64,000 nucleotides of DNA from an uncultured virus (IMG/VR IMGVR_UViG_3300034120_003123) (taxonomy: Duplodnaviria; Heunggongvirae; Uroviricota; Caudoviricetes). The stretch's first letter is position 1; each line of letters begins with the position of its first letter. This document shows, piece after piece, positions 8,601-19,700 of the stretch. The translations under genes were made by a program, and so were the position numbers. The notes below the pieces were generated by a model. That model was not told the DNA's origin, ran no database searches, and worked only from the letters and a program-made list of their open reading frames with translations. Location: IMG/VR virus record IMGVR_UViG_3300034120_003123; one strand, 5' to 3'.

Positions 8601-10700
8601 GTCTTCAAAGTCTCCATCCCAATATGCAGCTCCTACGCCACAACATAAGCCAGATTGTGAAAAATCACATATAGCCACCATTGAAGCATTGCCCGTGTCC
8701 CATCTATTAAAGGCATATATTTTTTGATCAGCAATCGCTACAGGTTGAGGGGTAGAAGATCCCCGCTCTCTCGCCAAACCAAAAACTCTAGGAACAACAG
8801 AAAGTTTTACTGATGAAGTAACGCCGCTTGTTCCTATTGCAACTTCTAATAATATATTAGAGTTACCATTTTTGGCAGACACCAGCAATCTGTTTGTGCC
8901 AGACTTAGCACTACATATATCTCCGTTCCCAGTGTAACCGATATTTCCTATTGACGTACTACCGCCATTTATAGTATTTAAAGAACATAAAGTCGAATTA
9001 TTAACCGTGTATAATTTTCCATCTTTACCAAAACCAAGACCGCTCGTATTCCTTAGTCCAGAGTCTCCGACAATATCTGCATGTCCATTTATTTTATTTA
9101 TCAAATATAAAATGCCAGAAGTTCCAAGACCATAAAGATTTCCTTCATCGTCAAAATCAATATCATGTATTTGATCATCTAAAGTGTTACCTTCATCATT
9201 TTTTATTCTTAATATTCTTCCAGACAGGTTGCCAGTAATAAGATCTATTTTACCAATTTTATTCTGATCATCAAGTACAAATACGCCAAAATTAAAGTTT
9301 TCAGAACTAGAGCTAGAAGAAGCAACGCCGCCACAAATAGAAAGATCGCTGTTGCAGTTGTTGCATGCTAAACAGTTTAACTCAAGTTCCCAAGAAGTAT
9401 TTTCACCCGTACTTTGACAGCCAGAAAAAATAACTATTCTAATTTTGTTATCCCATTCAGAACCTGTACCTGTAGAAAAAAGTGCTTTATCTATTAAGAT
9501 ACAGGCAAAATCAGAATTAGCATCATTTCCACCCTCTCTGAACGGAGGCTTATTTGTATTATTGTTTGTGGTGCAACATGGAGCGTTCATACATCCTGAT
9601 CTCAAAATTGGACTTACAGGACGATCATAAACATTTCCGCTTTCTGGATCCCATGTTTTTAATATTTCATCAGAAGAAGCGTATTCAATAAAATTTGAAG
9701 AACTTAAATAGCCTTGACCTTGAGAACTACTGTGAACATATGGTTGGTCAGACGAAGGAGTGACTACAGCTGCGCCCCACAAAGGTTTTCTCAAAAATTC
9801 TGTTTGCTGAGCATTTGAGCCCAGTGTAGGCATGATGACAAATCTTGAGCCGTTCCCCATGCTCCTCCATCTTATGCATATATAACCATAAGAATCAGTG
9901 CCGCTTTCTATACAGGAGCCCACGACCTCTGACATGTCTAGTATTATTTCAACTGGCTTGCCGTTAGAGTCTGGAGCTGTTGTTGAACTAATTGTTTTAG
10001 TAAAAGAACATCCTGTGCCAAATGCAATGTCGGCAAATGGATAAGTAAATACAAGTTTATTATTTATAAATTTTAATTTATTTAGAACTGAAATAGCACT
10101 GTTAACCCATTTAACTTGATCCTTTAAATATTCATTAAGAGTTGCGTAAGGGCTTGATGGATTATCGAAAGATGGAGGATTATTAAATCGATCAATATCA
10201 TCACTTGTCAAATAATCTCCATCAACAATTTCATCAAAATACTCAAAATAATCGTCTCCAATTGTAGTTGCTTCAGAACTTGGGTCACCTATTTTATGAA
10301 AAAATCCACCTGCCCTCAATACGTAAACTTCGTCATCTGGATTTTGATACTGTATAATTGATGGTCTATATGCAACTTTTTCATACAAACCAGATGGATG
10401 CCCAGCAAACATTTGCTTAACAGCATTTACAATCAGCAGAGAAGTATCATATATTCCCTGAGGCGTATCAAAGGAAAGTCCTAGCAAACTTATTTGACTG
10501 TAATCTTCGCCGTCTATTTTAGCAGGATTATTAGAAATATAACCTATCCTGATTGCCTCTTGACGTATCCTTGTCTGATTAACAAGAAATTGCATTAAAA
10601 CGTCTATGCCAGTTAATCCAATTCCAGAAGAATCTAGTATAATATTTTCTTTTAAAAAATTAGACGCATACTGTGTAGTTTCAAATGGGTTTCTAATCAT
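2685..10700 (-). CDS. Giant 2671-aa modular Ser/Cys-rich protein (beta-propellers, Hint domain, dockerin-like repeats); putative virion fibre or adhesin
   Basis: Uninterrupted ORF; propeller blades (DIDFDDEGNLYG, GLGFGKDGKLY, LYRVDPNTG); Hint motifs; DxNxDGxV repeats; several poly-Ser linkers. Confidence 0.75.
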   Translation of the reverse strand: MIRNPFETTQYASNFLKENIILDSSGIGLTGIDVLMQFLVNQTRIRQEAIRIGYISNNPAKIDGEDYSQISLLGLSFDTPQGIYDTSLLIVNAVKQMFAGHPSGLYEKVAYRPSIIQYQNPDDEVYVLRAGGFFHKIGDPSSEATTIGDDYFEYFDEIVDGDYLTSDDIDRFNNPPSFDNPSSPYATLNEYLKDQVKWVNSAISVLNKLKFINNKLVFTYPFADIAFGTGCSFTKTISSTTAPDSNGKPVEIILDMSEVVGSCIESGTDSYGYICIRWRSMGNGSRFVIMPTLGSNAQQTEFLRKPLWGAAVVTPSSDQPYVHSSSQGQGYLSSSNFIEYASSDEILKTWDPESGNVYDRPVSPILRSGCMNAPCCTTNNNTNKPPFREGGNDANSDFACILIDKALFSTGTGSEWDNKIRIVIFSGCQSTGENTSWELELNCLACNNCNSDLSICGGVASSSSSSENFNFGVFVLDDQNKIGKIDLITGNLSGRILRIKNDEGNTLDDQIHDIDFDDEGNLYGLGTSGILYLINKINGHADIVGDSGLRNTSGLGFGKDGKLYTVNNSTLCSLNTINGGSTSIGNIGYTGNGDICSAKSGTNRLLVSAKNGNSNILLEVAIGTSGVTSSVKLSVVPRVFGLARERGSSTPQPVAIADQKIYAFNRWDTGNASMVAICDFSQSGLCCGVGAAYWDGDFEDDNAFRLTAEDCSVIPVWLICEPTASGQPVKLVKIDVKTGNILSQIDVGGSYSGSIPMDIAVNDTGEIYINDSDRLYRVDPNTGIATIVGNITFSTPQYAPILSGLSFSKDNVLYGFAADGYFPPGPQALEKFPLFTIDTQTAVASVACDDFGIGCSGDAAVWTNDLLENYFFIIGSGEVNDQIYISRYDSADQECIGELITTSDEFTYGNKVWAITNAKDGFLYVIVGESNNKIIKIDPNTYSWIDTGLNVQNIGVAHGAAWAPNDLVCVGVDGNSSSSSSSSSSDNNDPCVCLTSSSSSSSSSSSSSSSSSSSSSSSSSSSSSSSSSSSSSSACPDCDNIPSIILDREDWANGIVNCSKVGFPSDAVLKIKWFKTCATCCDCPQENQFSIECDIEISIWDIDCISWVDFWQWLITSGQAQLVICSVDGGSCKFYWRAEFTRDADLPSIFYWDFSQRFQDFFPDYPVDCSCPICDPSPNCCTSTCFGLGTMIKMADGSEKRIEDIKEGDILLSAYFNEFGIERNPTLEQINSGWTLSDSQYIKFAETRVKKIRIGSESSIYKFSDYLKLTFEHPVLIMDVDGVLKFRSAVYMQDNVYGYNIDLEMTPMSHPSVINKKSITINITTEPFHCIFAGGMLVHTGSSNNYTNTIGFGEIGVSINTSLYKDLINPATSTIENGSTNIGLISDGLGTNNPTTGSPLDGNEVVVADNPFVCQFACRCSSGNCNTVKFVSSWQLGNPIALCANPTSCCSDGQCARGDADCKDSSDNVVLIERTIVARDCNDACRKCANMATQDLTFVGSPANECFNASLLCGAGSSSSSVISSSSSSSSQITGDEVVLWINPPMKAVDNGSGSMIVQGEYTAHLLSNGNDGTLFAQQFQVPVNCEWRVYKFRMWGGSEYFNESTGGSDGNQLSSNIASIRINIFKLQQSTGTWEIYSSATGYLKISSSLILNDQGSTFTTPNPSKNFQIDMNFDPSVSTTLNQGSYLLAIGGVRMVTSSFLPKLIWTNGQIPGGKYKTDNFNWGSFNEESGGGSLSGAIIGIRSPTCVVSSSSSSSSSSSSSSSSSGCVVWTGPGCPDMDGDGFVGGSDLAVYFSASADYNPIADLNGDGVVDGLDLGILQSYWGSCVECPNWNGSSSSSSSSSSSSFSCVQSFGQWLNTTGTQAYSSIIDLNGFDIQSDSSGEYIDICIEYVTGSEAADRIMIVATRDDELSTDAVLKNGDLDYEHYGRRLLYENGQLSGFSHPDHPIFAYEGSQFTLPSRSILFDSGCVATGATSSVITTIRVRQFSVAFDPVDPMYKKLRLVVFGVCSSDLDPDSITNWWVDLGCDILNCNVTSSSSSSSSSSSSSSSSASSSSSSGCTRIWSNPGCPDLNNDGFINGNDFGFFLGIMFGPVDYNNIVSIAADLDGDGNISGADMGLFQGLTYGCIKCPNFDWSASSSSSSSSSSSSSSSSSSSSSSSSSSSSSIPSGPPLKIYGSNKFGRFISDAKNDRNVVDIIYIGQDSRFWVSGLNRGFNSLGTKSYGSPFMPATTSNSYDIAQNVTTLSNDWEPGFFRRFSETGAILQKGSAVFPDEGIYESLHNSVKPYGKGIEWGFAPEIVEEFYVEYSSGIYAANTEPSIGIPLDDNSVLEYMVIRVANFTGSYTLSVSSYDGENIFVSSPFAGDSLSTSEWVVDKVEFLYSYNVHGVSGLKFSFLGSMRDGPRSGISGDFAVGLHSLHRKGIGGLAITPFHTYEGATLESIRSDFNKAEVIFTLQTYLKVINQRSVSAYNSLDVTVGSPGRMVFFIQANSNSESTLLEDIQDIKDQITAVCLSLGFDEENFTFCVMIPAAVSEFDEELVSQRQTIADAIIEDQTSVGNTVFVNIPAIFSYREMIDNGWATVSELAPSSFTGGQCCDVFEYCVRWSDSDPTLCLDFRRRWTCWDCDGPGPTLVCGVIEAGGPGTGGSSSSTSEGESSSSSSNEKFPFI
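4198..4281. repeat. Tandem GAACTAGATGAT-based repeat (mixed 12- and 21-bp units) encoding poly-Ser
   Basis: Directly visible; reads as Ser codons on the minus strand. Confidence 0.9.
4311..4487 (-). other. Dockerin-like / EF-hand Ca-binding module, copy 2
   Basis: CPDLNNDGFINGNDF...ADLDGDGNISGADMG. Confidence 0.75.
5214..5369 (-). other. Dockerin-like / EF-hand Ca-binding module, copy 1
   Basis: CPDMDGDGFVGGSDL...ADLNGDGVVDGLDLGILQSYWG. Confidence 0.8.
6681..7148 (-). other. Hint (Hedgehog/intein-like) autoprocessing domain
   Basis: Block A CFGLGTMIKMADGSEKRIEDIKEGD, block B LTFEHP (TxxH), C-terminal IFAGGMLVHT. Confidence 0.85.
7615..7698. repeat. Seven perfect 12-bp tandem units GAACTAGATGAT within a 38-codon poly-Ser tract (7602-7715)
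   Basis: Counted directly in the sequence. Confidence 0.95.
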
Positions 10701-13700
10701 TATGCGCCTCTTATGATATGGTAAAATCCATTAAATGTATTCATAAACTTTCTCATAAATTCTTCTTTGACATTATCCATTTGATCTGATGAATCTGTAT
10801 CGACTATATGTATGCATCCTGCAGGATCCATGAACTTTTGTCCTTCAATTACGTCATATAAACTGTTTTTAATCTTTGTCATTAATTCAGATATGTTTGC
10901 AGAACCAGTTTTATTTAGCGCATAGTTAATAAAGTTTGAACTAATTTTTCCACACAATACTAAATCTTTGACTGATGAATTTTCACTAGAAGAAGTATTT
11001 ATTTTATTCCTAATAGGTGCCGGAGAAGTATCCCCAATTCCTACAGTTATTATATCTAATAAATTCTTATCATTTCCTCCTGAAGACCCATTCATTTTCC
11101 ACTTAGACACTTTGCGACTAGCGTTCCGCATTTCACCTGAACAAACACAAGCTCCCATTGATGGCTTGTAATCAGGCACGTCTGCATTAGAAATAGTCGT
11201 CAGAACAGGAGCAAAATACCATTCTGCCTCTGGATGTGATGCAGACACTGAATCTTCATATATGTAAGACAGCTTAATCAAAAGCATTCTATCACCATTA
11301 TATATGCATCCATGGTTTGGATCAAAGCACCCAGCGAAATCCTTGATCAAATAATTCCATTTTGTATTATATAATCCATACACTGATTTTCTAGCAAAAA
11401 CTATATTACCTTCACATCTTGGTATACTAATATTAGGCATAGAAAAACCACCCTGATTAATTTGCAATGCAGATTTACTATAAAGTAAACTCATAGAATC
11501 ATCTATAAACATGTCTAATGCGTAATCTCTATATGGATTTGAAAATTTAGATGCAGAATAATTGTAGAATGGAATTACATTATTAAAACCAAATCCTGAA
11601 TCTCTGTATATTTGTTCATTCATATGATCAGTAAAGTCATTTAAAACAACTACACAACGTTGTAATCCAAGTTTTTCTCTAGATCTTAATAACGGTATTA
11701 TAGATGTAAAATTTTGATGCATTAAATCAAAAGTGCCATAATTTGTTACTGCAGAAACAGTAATGACTTTTGGTCCTGTCAATCCGCACCCACTAGTTCC
11801 AATATAATCGTTGTCTCCACAAGCCGGATTTGCCACTAATTGGTTACTATTATTTGGCATGGAGAATTTTACCATAGCATTTTTGTTAACACTTTGAATA
11901 CCCAAAGATAAACTCTTATAATAAGTCTTGTTTGCTGCATAATTTTCCAACAATATATCAGAAGTAGATGGAGAATAGTGCTGATCATATTTGTATGATC
12001 TCATCACATATATGTCATTAGTTCCCCACCACAAGATGCCGGAAACGTCATTCCAGTCCATCTGCATCAGAGTGCCTTTTATCTGATCTATTTGATTGTG
12101 ATAATCACGGTAAACATTATTCCCGTCTAGTGGCAAGAATTCATTGCCTCCAAAATAAAACTGCTTCTTTTCTATATCTGGAACAGGTGGCTTTACTAAA
12201 ATATGAGCTTCGTTATCTGAAGTATATTCGTATCCAGAATATTGCAACTCTCCGTCTCCAAGACTGCTTGACAAATCATATGCATAAATCCAAGACTTTA
12301 TACTTGGGTTATATATTTGAGTTTCTGGATTTGGCTGACCAGATGTGTAGCCAAATCTTTTTGCACTTAGAGCAGAATATGCTGGATAACAAATACTACT
12401 ACTCATATCTTCATTTACGTCAAATACGCCAACTTGAGATACATCAGCATTCCCAACAACCAACGATGTATAGTTAGATATAGAAAATATTTTTCTATAT
12501 GGATTGTTGTCAATTGAAAGTTCAATAAATGCTATCTTGGATGCTAATTTATTAAATCCAGGAGAAGCAGAAGCGTTTACTGTTGGTACTGATACCGTAG
12601 ACATGACTGAGATATCAGAATTATCTGCATAAGTTATATTGTTAGTATTATTTGTATTTCCAACATACCCGTATTGGGAATAAGGAGTTAAAACTCTTTT
12701 GACTGACACATTAGGAACTGGAGATCCTCCAACAATACTATCAAGATTCCAACCAGAGCCTTGAGAATTAGATGGACTCATCTTCATAAGGTGACCCAAA
12801 GAAGAAGCAACAAGTGTATTGTTGTAGAACATTAAACCACAACTACCGTTCTTTGCGCTTACTGGCGTCATAGTCCAGAAATTCAAATTAGCAAATGATT
12901 TATTATTTTCACTAAAAGTAGGATCTGTGGGAGGTACGATATCGCTTAGCTCTATTGTTCTTTTTACAGCTCCATTGCCGGAAGGAATTGAAGCAGTGAA
13001 AACAGTCACTCTGCCTAAACGTCTTTCAAAATTTGAAGCATTATAATTAGCGGTATTTGAATCTAAATAATCTAAATAGTCAGTATCTGGATCTATGCCA
13101 GAACACACATATATATCATATAAAGAATTGTTAGAGCCATTAGCTACACCCCAAATAGCAGAACAAAATACGTCAACTGGCGCACCATTACTTGTAGAAG
13201 AAGGAGACAGACCTTGCTCTAGCAATTTAGTATATGAGACACTAGATCCTGTTACTTGCTTTTTATACAAATCTATGTAGAACAAAGCTGGAAGAGGTTC
13301 GCCGTTTGGACTTACCTCATCTGCCTGAGCATCCCATCTATGATTACCTATCGCTATAATACTTGCATCGTTGCTCATCCAAACTTGATACTTAAATGAC
13401 TGGTTGCACAGGTCGTTTATTCCTGTAACTGCCATATCATTTATTTTTGACTCATAGACCATGCCCGGACCAGTAAAGAAGTCAGCGTCCTGTTGTCCAT
13501 TTGATTTAAACTTAAATACATAAGTAAATGCGCCACTACTATCATTTCCACTATTTCCAGTAATAACAAATCTATCATTACCATTAAAGAACCCGTTCAA
13601 TCTGTGTAAAGAGTAAGCAGACTCTAGTTGTGTAGCTATGCTATCAGGATTACCATCTGCATCTTGATAAGTAGCGATTATTGGAATTTGTGTTATTTTA

Positions 13701-16700
13701 GGCTTTTTTGAAGTTGCAGAAGCAGAGGGCTCAATTTTGTAAAAAGCATTTCTCCAGAAAACAAACGCATGGATCTTACTGCCCTCAGAAACATTAAAGC
13801 CTACTCCTTCTCCAAGTATAGCAACTGAATTATTTACAGCACCAACACCGACTGGGATACGGAATCCTTCAGTTTCGCTGTTGTAGTCAAACCATTGCTC
13901 GTTAGGCGGAAATTGAGATCCTCCACCGCCGTTAAGGGTGCCGTAAGCTGCAAATTCTGAGACTAAATTCGCACCAAAATCTTGCGTGTAAGAATCATTT
14001 CTAAAAAATGATTGAACCATGCGCTGCGCTTCACCACTATACGCAGAGAATGCAAATAGAGCATTAGCTGAGTTAATCGTACTCATGTCAGTAAATGATA
14101 ATCCAAATTTTTGGAAAACTATAGGTCGTGAGTCCCAAACGTATTGAGGCATTTTAAAACATGAAGATTTATTTTGGTTTGCCCACCAAAGAGGTCCCTT
14201 ATCTAATTCATCGTTTTCTATTCTATACACGCATGGACCTATGACGGCAAAATACTTTTCACTACCAGAGCCTGAATTGTACTTAAGCATTATATGCTTG
14301 CCAAGCTTGATCATATAAGATCTATTGATTGGGACTTTTATCATGCCTGGAGATGTATGGAAGTAGTTTGTGGAGCTTGTTGCCTGATCTCCTGGATTAA
14401 CTCCTAAATACTTTATGTCGCTAGAAGCACTCCATGGAAAATTTCCTGGCCAATAGTGTGGAGAGTTATCTTTGGAAATTTTTCTAGTTCCAAGAAGTGG
14501 CTGCAGCCATATGCCCATTCTACACCAAGAAGTCTCTGGCAAAACTTGAGGGCCAGTACCTACCGTGCTTCTCTTAATAGAACCAGATAAAGTAGCTTCG
14601 GAATTGGCAAAAGTTGATTTAACCGAACTTACTTCGCCATTTATATCAAGTTTTGCAGTTATTACTGCACATATTAATCCACCGCCAAATATATTCTGCG
14701 TGGAAATATTATTCTTCCATCCAAAACTATGTTTTGATGGACTGTTAGCACTCCAAGTATTGCCGTTTAAAGAGGCAAGTATCGTAACTGTAAGAATTCT
14801 TTGACCCTGACTGGTGGAAATAACAGAAGAGTTTACGTCGATAACGTGAGCTAGTCCATTTTTAATTGCTTTCCAAAAAGCAGATTGTTTTCCTGCGTCT
14901 ACGTTATATCCTAAATTGTTTTTATCATTAGTAGTTAAATTGCCTGTGAATCCAACAGCTCCAACATTTCCAGAGTCTGGATAATCGCCAGATGGCATAT
15001 CGCTAAAAGTATTGACGAGACCAAAAATATGTGTAAAACTATTGACGGTTACAGCGAAATCTAGCAAATCAGGCATTCCAAAAGTTGGTAGACAAACAAG
15101 CGTTTCAGGGTTATTGAAAAAGTCTTTTGGGCTTACTCTATCAAACAAAGAAAATCTTCGATATTGTTTGCTAATTTGATCACCATTAACAGTGTTAGTA
15201 GCAATATCAGTTTGATATTCTTCTCTAATGTGTGATTTAGAAAGATTAGAATTGTCCTCTGGACTCAATCTGTTGCTAATATTAAGTGAGACTATATTTG
15301 TAGCATCATTAGACCAAGTGTCCCCATTAGTGTTTTGATTATTTACATAACTTCCTAAATTAGATGCACTAGCATTCACACTTCCAACAGTATCAATAGA
15401 ATGTACTGGAGAGAATTCTGCTCCACTTTCATTTACTGTTCCAGAAGAATTCTGTCTATGATAAGAAAGCTTTCTATATATAAATTCATTTTGATAAACA
15501 ATTTCATCTCTACTTATACTTCTTAATTCAGCTCCAAGAACAGATACTTGCACATTTCGCCCACGACCTGTGAGCATATTAGTCTTGTAGGGATACTTAA
15601 ATGAAGAGTGTTTTCCAAGCTTTGGATATACAGGATTAGTAGCAAAATAGTTTCCGACTAAACCATTCAGAGTGGCAGGGAATTTGTCTAGCAAAGTTTG
15701 TGCGTTAGTGTTGTTGTACCTATAACGCGACCAGAAACTTATTGAATTTCCATTGGAGGCATTGTATAAGTATGGCAAGTTGTAAGAACCCTGTAACGTG
15801 TAGTATGTTGGAGCATATTCCCCAATGGTCCCGTTTGATTCTGGACCGCTTACTCCGTTGGGTGTAAAAACAGAAGCAAAATGCGAATACCACTGTAGCA
15901 AAGAAGGACCGCCGCCATTGTAAAGCGCTCCAACGGTAGCCAATGAAGTATTTGTTGAAGTACCGGTATTATCCCAATAGCTAAAGCCAGCAGCAGATGG
16001 TCTGAAGTGATCAATAGAAGTTATTGATGGATATAATATGGTTTTATATTTATAAGAAAAGTTATTTATATAACTAGAACTTGAGCTACTGCACCAGCTG
16101 CTACCTAAGCCACTAGAGCCAATAAAACTACTTAAATGAACTCCACTTTCATTCGTATTTGATCCGACAACTAAACCGATTCCGTCAGTAAATGTTTTGC
16201 AAGACACTATATTAATGTAACTTGTGTTATATTCAACCCTTAATGCATTACTGCATGTGCTTGAACTTAAATTCTGAGAAGCACTAAAGTATGCACTTCT
16301 ACTATCATCATATGCAGTAGCGCTATCATTTTGAGGATCTCTCGCACCGGTAAAAAAAACAGCCTCTCCAATATGGAGCACTTGAGGACAGACCGTACAT
16401 GATAAATGAGTAAGCTGATTTCTGTTTAAAGGATACGCTCTTATAGGGAAGAGATTAAAATCAGACTGAGCTAAACCACGCTCTGTCTTTTTAGGCAACA
16501 GCATATTGTCATAAACGTCAGTAAAATTGCCTTCAAAATTACTACTGAAAATGGCTGCTCTTATTTGAGATGGACTTGGAGTATTACTGTCGGGATCATA
16601 GTCCCAAAAAAGATCAACCATATACATGGTGTCTGTTGGAGCTACTCTAGCGTTAAATGAATTTGGATAAGAATTAGTTACCCAAGACGGATTATTTGTA

Positions 16701-19700
16701 AAGCTGTTGGCAAAATGGGATGGATTCTTTGCAACTTTTCCCCAAGCAGAATAAGGATTACCACTCGTGTTCCAGTCCGCTAAACCACCAAAATTATTTT
16801 TCCAAGATTTGTATGAAGATAACCTTTGATCTAAAATGCAAGTAAATTTAATTGATGGAGCAAAATAAGATGGGCCATTGTTGTTGCCATTAATAGAATA
16901 AATTTTTGAACCATAGCCTGAAACAAAAGTTACTATCTGAGATCTTCTGTCTGCTATTGTGGAAATTTGATTGGTGTCTCCAGTATTGTTTGATTTTTGG
17001 AATCCATGATAGTTATAGTGGCCATGTATGATTATATCTTTAACACCAACATTCATAAGTGTGTTATTCCAGCCAACTGCATTTAAATACAATGCATGAG
17101 TAGAACCATTAGGAGCAAGCTTAATCGCATCAATAGTGCTAGCACCCCCTAGAGTTTGATTATACGGTCTGGTATTACCTGTAGAACATCTAAAATTAAT
17201 TGGTGGATAACTTAATATATGACCAAGATTAAAGTCATAAGATTCATATGATGGCATATACCCTGTATACACAGAAGAATATTCAGTACTATTAGTATTT
17301 CTGTCTTCTGCAACAGTACAACCACTCCAGGTTAAATATTTTGAAGTTTGATGCAATCTATGACCAGTTACAGATGTTGAAGTATTATAAGCATTTATAA
17401 ATACGTTATATGAACCATCAGCTAGCTTTAATCCCCAAAAATATCCCTTATCAATTTTGCAAGCATCTACTCCAGTTTTGTCAGATGACAAAGCGCCAGG
17501 TTTTATAGACAATTTTCCAAGATAAAAATTTTCAGTACCACTAAAACTTGTTATGCTTGCTCCCCAGTTAGTATTTGCAGAAGAAGTACCCTGCGGCAGA
17601 TTAAAATTCGGCCACACAACCATGTGGCCCTCTGTTGAGGAGTCCACTAACTGGACACATCCTGGAGATATGTAATTTCTTGTAGACCACCAGAAGCCAG
17701 AGTTAATAGTTCCATTGTATGGTTTAATAAGCGGGTTTCCAGTAACGTCTGTATGCGGAGAAGTTGAAGATCTAATAAAAGGAGAAGAATTAAAATAATA
17801 TCCACCAGATATATTATATTCAACACTGGCAGATGTTGGATTCCATACTGCAATACCATCTATAAATATAGAATAATTGTCATTGCTAATCTTCGATATA
17901 GGAACTATCCATCTATTAGCTCTAACAGGCGCTATGGCAAAAGAATTTGTATTATCAATGCTACCCCTCCATCTGTCAGACTGCGGACTTATAATAGGAG
18001 CGTACAAGTAGACATTATCATTCAGTTCATTAAAAGTTGGAGTAGCGAAATCGAAATAATCAGATCTAATTTGCTGAGGTAAGTTAGCAGCTGCACTGTC
18101 TTCTTGATCAGGAGAACTCATGGATGCATCAACTGTTCTATATGGTCTTGGATGCATTTCCATAACTCTTATGTTAAGATTTTCTTTATCATATAATGAA
18201 AGATTTGCGATACTTATGTCAGAAACATTTGAAGCAGTATTTGACAAAGTAAATGCACCTATATCGCTATATGTAGAAGCAAAATCTTCCGCCTCAGCGA
18301 AAACAGGGTCTTTAATAAACTTTCCTAATTTGAAAGATGGTATAGAATTTTCATTAATAGAAGTCTTTATGGCAGATTTTTCAAGCAATCTTGCTGGATA
18401 ATATTTCCAAACATATCTTGAATTTGCAACACTTGAAGAAATATCATGTGCAACATGCTTTAATCCAAGAGCGGAAGACTTTATAAAATATTCAGCTGAA
18501 ACATTATCATCTTGATTAACAAGCACACTAGGTATTCTAGACGGAAGAATTCCAAGAGCCTTACTGCCAGATACCACTACAGACTTTACTATTCCTGCGC
18601 CGTATCTATAATCAGTATTGCCTACAACAGCGTTTTGAGAGAAGCCATTTAATGCCTTCGCTGATGTCATGTTTCCAGGAGCTGATATAAAGGCTATAAA
18701 ATCGTTTTGGTCATTAGATGGAGAACTTGACAGAACTTCTATCTTATGTCCAAATCTGTCCCCCTTGTGTGCGTCATAATAGCAGCCAGTAAAAGACCAG
18801 GTGCCACTTTTATTTTTATCCAACATGAATACGTTGCCATAAGACCCACTCTGAGCAGATGGACCTATGACAAGATCGTCATCACAAGCACTTATTAAAA
18901 TTTTATTACTAATTAATTTTACAAACTTACCAAACTTCTTTTTCTGCCACTGCAAAGAATAAGCGCCACCGCCAAGCTGATAGACTTGCTGCGGAACATT
19001 GAACTGAGACAAGGAGTTTAAGTTAATTATACTTTGAGATGCATCAAAAACATCTCTTTCGCCAAGAGCAGAAGGCTGATTAAATTCAAATACTCTTACT
19101 GAGCCTCCTTCTTGTATATTACTGGACTCGCCAACAGCACTATATCCAGTATCATATGGAGAAGAAATGACTATATGCTTATAATCTGCATCAATGTCAT
19201 AACCAAAATAAGGCTTAGTAGATACGTTTGGATTAAAATTACTTCCTTCAATAATCTTATACAATGGACCATTTACGTCTGATTCGAAAGAAGTGAGTGC
19301 TCCATTTAAGTAAAAGAGCATTACCGCTCCGTTTCCTTGCTGTATTAGGGCATTATCTGGTGGCTTGATTTCTAATGAATCTTCTTCCACAGAATCAATA
19401 AAAGATATTATTGATGAAGAAAGATATGCAGAATTAAATGTTGGATAACCAACAGCTACGGTAACGCCTCCAACGGTAGGTTCGTAAACACAAGATAATC
19501 CAAAACGTGCACCAAAAGATAAATTGTTAAAACTACTTAATTTTACATAAGAACCAGAACACTGATTTATTAAAGTAATATTATTAGATGTATTAATAAA
19601 TTGTGCATAACCTGTTTTATTATTGTTTGTAAAACAGCTTATGGAAATGCTAATATCACTTATTCTTTTTATCTCAAATATAGAAACATCTGTTGTTGAT

